Assembly (NCBI GenBank): GCA_040902805.1
Contig: JBBDWQ010000026.1
Span: 4,392-68,391, forward strand
Length of the DNA: 64,000 nucleotides
Reading direction: 5' to 3'
Source: Acidimicrobiales bacterium
Lineage (GTDB): Bacteria > Actinomycetota > Acidimicrobiia > Acidimicrobiales > VFJN01
The stretch's first letter is position 1, and every line of letters begins with the position of its first letter. The notes under the pieces were generated by a model. It did no database searches. It was not told the DNA's origin and saw nothing but the letters and a program-made list of their open reading frames with translations. Positions 57,607-64,000 of the stretch are shown in pieces. Made by a program: the position numbers and the translations under genes.

Positions 57607-58826
57607 CCACCCCCCTCGGCAGCGTCCGCATCATCGAGTGCTCGATGCTCGGCCCCGGCGCCATCACGACCACGCTCGCCGACCTCGGCGCGGACGTCAT
57701 CAAGGTCGAGCCCCCGTCCGGCGACTACATCCGCGAGATGACCTGGCCGATCGTGGAAGGCACGTCGCTCATGCACCTCCACATCAGTCGTGGGAAGCGC
57801 TCGATCACGATCGACCTCCGCACCGAGGAGGGACGCGAGGTGTTCCTCGAGCTCGTCAAGGGCGCTGACGCTGTCATCGAGGCGATGCGGCCGGGCGGAC
57901 TCGATCGGCGTGGCGTCGGCTACGAGGCCTGCAAGGCGGTCAACCCGAGCATCGTGTTCTGCACGATCTCGGGGTATGGCATGACCGGCCCGTACAAGGA
58001 CATGCCCAGCCACGGCATTGCCTACGACGTGTGGGCCGGGCTGGTGCAGCCGGTCACCACCGACGAGGGCTTCTGCGCCATCCCGGAGCACCCATCGGTA
58101 GGCATCCATGCCGGGCCGCTCTTCGGAGCTCTCGGTGTGCTGGCCGGGATCACGCGGGCCAGAGCCACCGGTGAGCCGAGCCAGATGGAGATCGCTCAGT
58201 CCGATGCCGCGGCGGCCATGGACTGGCTTCGCAGCGAGACCTACAAGGCCTACGAACGACCCGAGTCGGAGGTCACAGGCAACAAGGCTGACGGCTACGA
58301 GCGTCGGGCTCCCGGTACGGCGGGCATGCGAGACGGGGTCCGCTACCAGTTCTATGAGACGTCCGACGGCCACATCCTCTTCATGTCCTCCGAGCGGGAG
58401 TTCTGGGAGAACTTCTGCAAGGGAATCGGTCGCGCTGACCTCTTCGAGCGCCACCCGGGCTCGAAGTATGCCGACCACGCTCGTGGCAACGAAGAGCTGC
58501 GCCGAGAGCTGGCTGAGATCTTCAAGGGCCGAACCACTGCCGAGTGGGTGATCTTCGGGGGCGAGGCCAACACCCCAATCGCTCCCGTCAACACGCCAAA
58601 GACCTTGGCCGATGACCCGCAGTTCCAGGACCGCCTGCCGTGGATTCCGCGCGAGGTGGTCGGGCACGACCAGGTGCCGTCACCGATCAAGGTCATCGGT
58701 GAGCCGTTGCCCTATCCGACGAAGGCACCCACCGCCGGTGAACACACGGACGTCGTGTTGCGAGAGGTGCTGGGCTACGACGACGCCCGCATCACCGCGC
58801 TGCGGGCCGGCGGCGCGCTCGGCTGA
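57603..58826 (+). CDS. CaiB/BaiF family III CoA-transferase
   Basis: LADLGADVIKVE, RGKRSI, ISGYGMTGPY, GEHTD. Confidence 0.92.
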   Translation: MTTPLGSVRIIECSMLGPGAITTTLADLGADVIKVEPPSGDYIREMTWPIVEGTSLMHLHISRGKRSITIDLRTEEGREVFLELVKGADAVIEAMRPGGLDRRGVGYEACKAVNPSIVFCTISGYGMTGPYKDMPSHGIAYDVWAGLVQPVTTDEGFCAIPEHPSVGIHAGPLFGALGVLAGITRARATGEPSQMEIAQSDAAAAMDWLRSETYKAYERPESEVTGNKADGYERRAPGTAGMRDGVRYQFYETSDGHILFMSSEREFWENFCKGIGRADLFERHPGSKYADHARGNEELRRELAEIFKGRTTAEWVIFGGEANTPIAPVNTPKTLADDPQFQDRLPWIPREVVGHDQVPSPIKVIGEPLPYPTKAPTAGEHTDVVLREVLGYDDARITALRAGGALG

Positions 58827-60226
58827 CCGTCAGCGGAGGACGCCCGCTGCTGACGCGCGTACGCGTCCGCGTGGGCTTGGCGGCGAGGTTGTCGGCTGGA
58901 GGTGTCCGCCGGTTCTACCCATGCCTCGGCCCCGAGGTCCCAAGCGTCGGCGACGTCGTCAGGTGGCCCACCGGTGAGCACCGCGGCTGCCTGGATGCAT
59001 GCACCTGCGGCGGCGAGCGAGGACTCCGCGGTCGGTCGCACGGCGCGGCTGGACAGATCCGCGAGCACTTGCGCCATGAGCTCGATGTGGGCCCGGGGTG
59101 CGCCGAGCCTCAAGGGCTCGTCGTCGGCCCAGGTTCCCCCAGCTCGCAGAGCGAGGTCTAGGCGATCGAGGGCTGCGCAGGCGATGCCATCGACGGTTGC
59201 CCGCACGACGTCGCGACGTGTCGTGCCCGCGGTCAGCCCGGCCACGACGGTGCCCGCAGCGCCCGTGGCCTCGGGCACTACGGCCAGGCCGGTCGCTGTG
59301 ACGCTCCTGCCCGTGCCCGTGGCCGTGGCAGTGTCCGTGGACAGGGCGTGAAGCTCTCGAGCGTCGATGTCGAACAGCGCCTGGATGGTGTCGAGCAGGT
59401 CGATGCCGTCGCCAGCTGATGCCACCGCGAGGTGGCGGCCCGCCGCATCCGCGTGGCAGCGCACCACGTCACCGCGATCGCTGATCGGCTGAGCAAGTCC
59501 GACGAGTGCCGTCGTCGTGGAGTCCAGCGAGACTGCGACCCTGCCGGCCCGCAGTCCAAGCGCCAGCGCGATGGCCGTGGTCGCCGTGGTGCCCGGACCG
59601 ACGATCGGCCGGCCCCGCAGCCCGAGCAGGTCGTACATCGGGGCGTCGAGCCAGTCGGCCCGCTCGGATGGTCCCAGAACAGTGGGCAGACGATCCCTCC
59701 ACCAGTCGCGTGCTCCACGGGGGGCGAGGTCCCGCAGCACGTCGCGCCGCCAGTCCTCGGTGGTAGCTGCCCAGGCGCCGGTGAGCGAAGCGCTGGCGCG
59801 GTCGGTGACGGGTCGCCCCGTCAGCCGGTGCGTGAGCCAGTCGTGGGGGAGCAGCGCCATCCCGAGCCGGTCGAGGGTGGCCGGGTCGGATCGCTTCAGC
59901 CACGCGAGTCGGTGCACCGCTGCGTCCGGTGCGCCCCGTCCTGCGAGATCGGGCCACGGCTGTGTGGGTTGGAGCACCGCCCCGGCCCCGTCGAGCACCA
60001 CCAAGCTCGGGTGGCTGCCGGTGACCGAGATCGCCGCGATCTCCCGTTCGCTGGTCTGGCCCACGGCGCTCACGAGGGAGCGCCACCACCGTGCGGGGTC
60101 GTCGTTGGGACCCCCCCGCTCGCTGTGGCGCGCGGCGCCGGTGGCGCGCAGCAGACCCGTTTCGGCGTCGCGCACCTCGACGTGGGTGACGTACGGCCCC
60201 AGCGCCGCGCCGAGCACGAGCGCCAT
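58775..60226 (-). CDS. FGGY/xylulokinase-like protein, probably catalytically degenerate
   Basis: DPARWW, LLPHDWLTHRLTG, TDRASASLTG, AAAGACIQAA; lacks GxDxGT and GDN motifs. Confidence 0.75.
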   Translation of the reverse strand: MALVLGAALGPYVTHVEVRDAETGLLRATGAARHSERGGPNDDPARWWRSLVSAVGQTSEREIAAISVTGSHPSLVVLDGAGAVLQPTQPWPDLAGRGAPDAAVHRLAWLKRSDPATLDRLGMALLPHDWLTHRLTGRPVTDRASASLTGAWAATTEDWRRDVLRDLAPRGARDWWRDRLPTVLGPSERADWLDAPMYDLLGLRGRPIVGPGTTATTAIALALGLRAGRVAVSLDSTTTALVGLAQPISDRGDVVRCHADAAGRHLAVASAGDGIDLLDTIQALFDIDARELHALSTDTATATGTGRSVTATGLAVVPEATGAAGTVVAGLTAGTTRRDVVRATVDGIACAALDRLDLALRAGGTWADDEPLRLGAPRAHIELMAQVLADLSSRAVRPTAESSLAAAGACIQAAAVLTGGPPDDVADAWDLGAEAWVEPADTSSRQPRRQAHADAYARQQRASSADGQPSAPPARSAVMRASS

Positions 60227-60324
60227 GGTCAGCGGCCGAAGCTCTTGGGGAGGGGCACGGTTGCGAGCACGGCGGGAGCATACGAGGCGGTCGACCGCCA
60301 TGGGCCGCCGAGGCGCGACGCGTG

Positions 60325-61161
60325 TCAGGCGGCGAGGCCCTCGAGCGCTTGCAGGAGGCGCTCGCTGACGCCATCGTCGAGCAGGCCCGCCAGGTCGCGG
60401 GCAAGCGTTGGGGCAGGTGGGAACGCACTGAGGGCCCACCGGGCGTAGAAGCCGTCGTCCATCCAGCTGGTGATCGAGGGGGGCAGTACCCCATCCGGGA
60501 GTGGGATCACCTCCGGTTCGGCGCGCAGACGAGCCCAGGGCCACGCGTCGGCGTGGGCTCGTCCGAGCACGGTCAGCTGGTCTGGGTGGTCGAGAGCTCG
60601 TCGGCGGTCCTGGCTGACCGCTGTGGCAGCGGGATGCAGCGCGGCGACATTCGCCCACGAGGTCGTCAGCGCCCGGCGTTGCGAAGGATCCCCCCAGCCA
60701 TCCACGATCCGGTCGAGCCAGACAACGGTCCACAGCGCCGCTGTGGACGGCGGTGCAGGATCGGTGGGGAGGCCGAGCACGCGACGACAGAGGTCGGGCA
60801 AGGTGCCTGCGGCGCGGCCGGGAAGATGGGTGACCACGCCGGCGCAGCGGAGCAGGGAGCACTCGTCGCCAGTGCGGTTCATCACATAGGTGGTGACGCT
60901 GCGTTGTGACCCGCGCTCGTCGTCGAGGTGGTGGGCAGTGCCGGTCACCCGCATGCCGAGCATGACCCAGTCAGTCGGTGCTGTGAAACCAGCCAGCTCG
61001 TCGAACGGGTGCGATCCTAGGGGAAGGGGGCGCACGCCAAGGACGAGGTCGCCAGGTTCTTCGACGACATGGAAGAGGAGGTGTCCCGATTCGTGGCGGG
61101 TGCTGTCATCGATGACGCTGGCCAGTGCATGGAGCGCGGAAGGGGGTGGGCAGGATCGCAT
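60325..61161 (-). CDS. Hypothetical protein
   Basis: ORF with GAGG RBS; Trp-rich C-terminus (WARLR, WMDDGFYARW). Confidence 0.7.
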   Translation of the reverse strand: MRSCPPPSALHALASVIDDSTRHESGHLLFHVVEEPGDLVLGVRPLPLGSHPFDELAGFTAPTDWVMLGMRVTGTAHHLDDERGSQRSVTTYVMNRTGDECSLLRCAGVVTHLPGRAAGTLPDLCRRVLGLPTDPAPPSTAALWTVVWLDRIVDGWGDPSQRRALTTSWANVAALHPAATAVSQDRRRALDHPDQLTVLGRAHADAWPWARLRAEPEVIPLPDGVLPPSITSWMDDGFYARWALSAFPPAPTLARDLAGLLDDGVSERLLQALEGLAA

Positions 61162-61246
61162 GGATACCTCGCGGACGACGAAGGGGCAGGCGGCGATCCG
61201 TTGATCGCGAGGGGCATCCAGGATGTGGACGCGCACGTGCACAGAG

Positions 61247-61269
61247 GTTGTCACCCGGGGCGTGACAAC
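61247..61269. promoter_or_regulatory. 8-7-8 palindrome GTTGTCAC-CCGGGGC-GTGACAAC (operator or hairpin)
   Basis: Perfect inverted repeat in the intergenic region after the exonuclease. Confidence 0.55.
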
Positions 61270-61301
61270 GAAAGGGTCAACCCCCTGGGCGGACGCCGTC
61301 G

Positions 61302-61916
61302 CTACGCGGAGAGGGCTGGGTGGTGGTGCATCGTCGGACCGACGTCCGGAGGATCGACCTGGTCGATGCCCCGTGATGCCGTCGGCCAGCGTCGTTCCGC
61401 GAGGATGCGCGCGAGTCGGGCATCGCTGGCTGCGTAGGCGTGCAGCGCCTCGTTGGACAGGTCATGGATCCTCGTGCGATCCACCTCGATGGGAGACAGC
61501 CCGACGAAGCGAGCGATCGACTTGAGCGAGCACGAGATGCGCAGGGCCGGGCCCACGTCGCCCCGGTAGATGCGGTAGGCGTCTAGGTGGGCATGGTCGT
61601 ACCAGCTAGCCCGGTAGGCGCCGCGATGGTTGAGCTCGAGGTGCAGCCCGATCGGAAGGTCGTAGCGGGCGGCGCGGTCGGCGATGAAGGGAAGGTCGAA
61701 GGCGCCCCCGTTCCAGGTCGCGATCACCCCCGGCTCGAGCTCGTCGAGACGCTCGTCGAGCTCCGCGAGGAGCTGATCTTCGGGACCGGTGAAGACCTCT
61801 TCGAAGCCGGCGCCGGCCAGGGCCACGGTGACGACCGATGCGACAGCCGGATCGAGCCCGTTGACCGTCGTATCCGTTTCGATGTCGAGGCCGTAGACGG
61901 CCGGTCGTTGTCGCAT
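61302..61916 (-). CDS. Stand-alone DEDDy 3'-5' exonuclease (PolB proofreading-like RNase H fold)
   Basis: ExoI LDIET, ExoII WNGGAFDLP, HLDAY, SLKSIA, ExoIII YAASD. Confidence 0.88.
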   Translation of the reverse strand: MRQRPAVYGLDIETDTTVNGLDPAVASVVTVALAGAGFEEVFTGPEDQLLAELDERLDELEPGVIATWNGGAFDLPFIADRAARYDLPIGLHLELNHRGAYRASWYDHAHLDAYRIYRGDVGPALRISCSLKSIARFVGLSPIEVDRTRIHDLSNEALHAYAASDARLARILAERRWPTASRGIDQVDPPDVGPTMHHHPALSA

Positions 61917-62008
61917 CTCGCGGCCCCCGCGCACCTGTCGTAGGCCTGCAGCGTATGAACGAGGCGTGACGCGGTGGTGGATGCCGGCTTGAGTGAGGGT
62001 TGGCGCGA

Positions 62009-62824
62009 TCAGCGCAGCCCTGGTATCGGGAGCCGAGTGAACGAGCGGAGCCGTCGCGCTATGTCCGGTGTGAGCGCTTCGTCCAGGTGCTCCAGCGCGA
62101 AGGTCACCGCCAGCTCGCCGTCGCCGGGCTGGACATCGGTGATGCGCGCCCCCTTGGGGAGCGGCGGCAGGGGCAGGTAGCCCTTGAAGAACCGCACGAG
62201 GGTCGTGGGAAGCCCCACGATCGTCATGCGCTTGGGCGCGAGACGCAGGAAGCGGCCGGAGACCTCGAGATCGGCGAGGGTCTCGCTCATCCGAATGCCG
62301 CGCAGACCGGTGGTGAGCATCACCCCGTCCGCGGTTAGCGAGAGGCGGATCGGGAGGCGCGCAGACCTGGTCCAACGATCCACATTGGCCTGGCTCACGT
62401 ACGCCCGCATGGTGACCGGCCCGGCCTTCAACCTCGGGGGGATTCCCGGAGCGAGGCGCACGTGCTCGGCCCGCACGACCAGACGGTCGAGCACCAATCC
62501 CGCGGCCAACACTGCTGGAACATCCACCTTCACGACGTCGAGCTCGCCCTTGAGCATCCCGGCGGGCGTCATCTTCACTCGTGGCCGGACGGGGTGGTCG
62601 AGGATCCTCGACGCGGCGTCGTCGACCAGTGCGAACAGTGACGCGACGAGGGCCGGCTCCGCCCGGGCTTCATCAGTCGCTGTCGCGGCCGCGGCGACCA
62701 CCTCAGGGTCGTCGATCAGCCCCCACGCCGCGCCCTCTGAGGCAGACGGGTCGAGCCCATCGTCCGGGGCTTCGCCGTCCGGGGCGTCGTCGTCGAGCGG
62801 TGAGTCGTCGGTGGGGGTAGCGAT
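62009..62824 (-). CDS. DUF2993/LmeA-like lipid-binding protein with acidic N-terminal extension
   Basis: Called ORF 62009-62701; frame stays open to 62833 with a D/E-rich segment; beta-rich body ending LPPLPKGARITDV; start uncertain. Confidence 0.6.
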   Translation of the reverse strand: MATPTDDSPLDDDAPDGEAPDDGLDPSASEGAAWGLIDDPEVVAAAATATDEARAEPALVASLFALVDDAASRILDHPVRPRVKMTPAGMLKGELDVVKVDVPAVLAAGLVLDRLVVRAEHVRLAPGIPPRLKAGPVTMRAYVSQANVDRWTRSARLPIRLSLTADGVMLTTGLRGIRMSETLADLEVSGRFLRLAPKRMTIVGLPTTLVRFFKGYLPLPPLPKGARITDVQPGDGELAVTFALEHLDEALTPDIARRLRSFTRLPIPGLR

Positions 62825-62883
62825 GCGCTCAGGCTATGGCGGTGGCCGGGAAAGCACCGGCATGGACCGCCATCGGGCATCCA

Positions 62884-64000
62884 CTAGAGGCGCTGTGCCG
62901 CGAGCGATGCCACTTCGGAGCGCTCGCAGTGGGACAGCCGAACGTGGCCAAAGCAGCTCTCGCCGTCGAAGGCATCGATGAGCACCGACACGGCGTTGTT
63001 GTACTCGGAGAGATAGGGGGCATCGATCTGGCTCGTGTCCCCGGTGAAGACGACCTTGGTGCCTTCGCCGACGCGAGTCAGGATGGTCTTGAGCGTGGTC
63101 GGTTCGAGGTTCTGGGCCTCGTCAACGAGCACGAACGTCCCGTGCAACGTTCTGCCCCGCAGGTAGGTGACCGCCTCGAGCGACAGCTTGTCGCGCTCGG
63201 TGAGCTCCTCCAACACGGCGCGGGCATCGGCGTGACTGCGCCGCTCCGTGAGCGCGACGAGGGCATCGTGCACCGCCGTCATCCAAGGATTCAGCTTCTC
63301 GTCGAGCGTTCCCGGGAGGAATCCGAGCTCGGCCTTGCCCACCGGGACAACAGGTCGGTAGATCGACAGGCGGTCGTAGAGATTCGACTCGATCACCTGG
63401 TCGAGTCCCGCCGCGAGCGCGAGCAGGGTCTTGCCCGTGCCTGCCATGCCATCGAGGGCGACGATGCGGATCTCCGGATCGAGGAGCAGGTCGAGCGCGA
63501 ACTGCTGCTCCTTCGAGCGCGGTCGCAGACCCCACGGCTCGGGCACCCGAAGCATTGCTTCGAGGTCGCCGTCGTCGTGGCGCACCAGCACCGACTGGCT
63601 GCCGGCTCGGAGCACGCCGTAGCGCTCGGTGAGCTCCTCGCGCACCCTGACCACATCCCCCCCATCGAGCTCGTGGATGCCGATGCCGGCGGGGCTGGCG
63701 TAGACGAGATCCACGGATCGCGAGCTCACCTCGATCGTGCGCCAACCCACAGGGCGCTCGAACAGGCTCCGGCCTCGCAGGCGATGGTGCTCGATCGCCT
63801 CCAGGCCGAGCTGGGCCGCCTTGATGCGGAGCGCCGCGTCGTTTGACACCACGATCGTGCGTCCGTGAACCGCCTGGCCGAGGGACGCAGCAAGGATTCG
63901 GTTGTCGTTCTTGGCGGGATCGAGGCCGTGCTCGCGGATCTCGTTGAGATGCAGCCCGTTCGTCTCGATCCGCAAGGTGCCACCGTTTGGGAGCGCGACG
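62884..64000 (-). CDS. phoH: PhoH family ATPase (PIN-PhoH type), 5' end outside window
   Basis: NDNRIL, SND..LRIKA (PIN end); GMAGTGKT, LGFLPG, YLRGRT, VDEAQN, GDTSQID, ERS. Confidence 0.93.
   Translation of the reverse strand, partial: VALPNGGTLRIETNGLHLNEIREHGLDPAKNDNRILAASLGQAVHGRTIVVSNDAALRIKAAQLGLEAIEHHRLRGRSLFERPVGWRTIEVSSRSVDLVYASPAGIGIHELDGGDVVRVREELTERYGVLRAGSQSVLVRHDDGDLEAMLRVPEPWGLRPRSKEQQFALDLLLDPEIRIVALDGMAGTGKTLLALAAGLDQVIESNLYDRLSIYRPVVPVGKAELGFLPGTLDEKLNPWMTAVHDALVALTERRSHADARAVLEELTERDKLSLEAVTYLRGRTLHGTFVLVDEAQNLEPTTLKTILTRVGEGTKVVFTGDTSQIDAPYLSEYNNAVSVLIDAFDGESCFGHVRLSHCERSEVASLAAQRL

Overview
High-GC actinobacterial chromosome segment. It looks Acidimicrobiia-like, which is an inference from gene content and the many leaderless TAnnnT-N6/7-start promoters. 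It is densely coding with about 60 CDS, and I saw no rRNA, tRNA, CRISPR array or intact transposase. Most of it is a dispersed lipid/steroid-type catabolic island: acyl-CoA synthetases, enoyl-CoA hydratases, CoA-transferases, a fused acyl-CoA dehydrogenase, F420 enzymes, SDRs, amidohydrolases and two EcKinase-like phosphotransferases. Two interleaved palindromic operator families mark it: four perfect KstR-type boxes (CTAGAACG[CT]GTTCTAG) and four to five copies of a second motif, ATCTGAC-N5-GTCAGAT, whose regulator I do not recognise. The main oddities are: (1) a three-gene operon of a PadR-like wHTH/adenylyl cyclase fusion, a PadR and a 2TM protein, with its own palindrome over the start codon; (2) a catalytically degenerate HMG-CoA-synthase-like/DUF35 fusion coupled to an SCP2-type thiolase; (3) an ABC1 kinase-EEP-LMW phosphatase operon; (4) a right-end cluster of PhoH, a DUF2993-like gene, a stand-alone 3'-5' exonuclease, a hypothetical gene and an FGGY pseudokinase; (5) an rpf gene with CRP/MtrA-like sites and a structured leader; and (6) two copies of a ~62-bp palindromic repeat.
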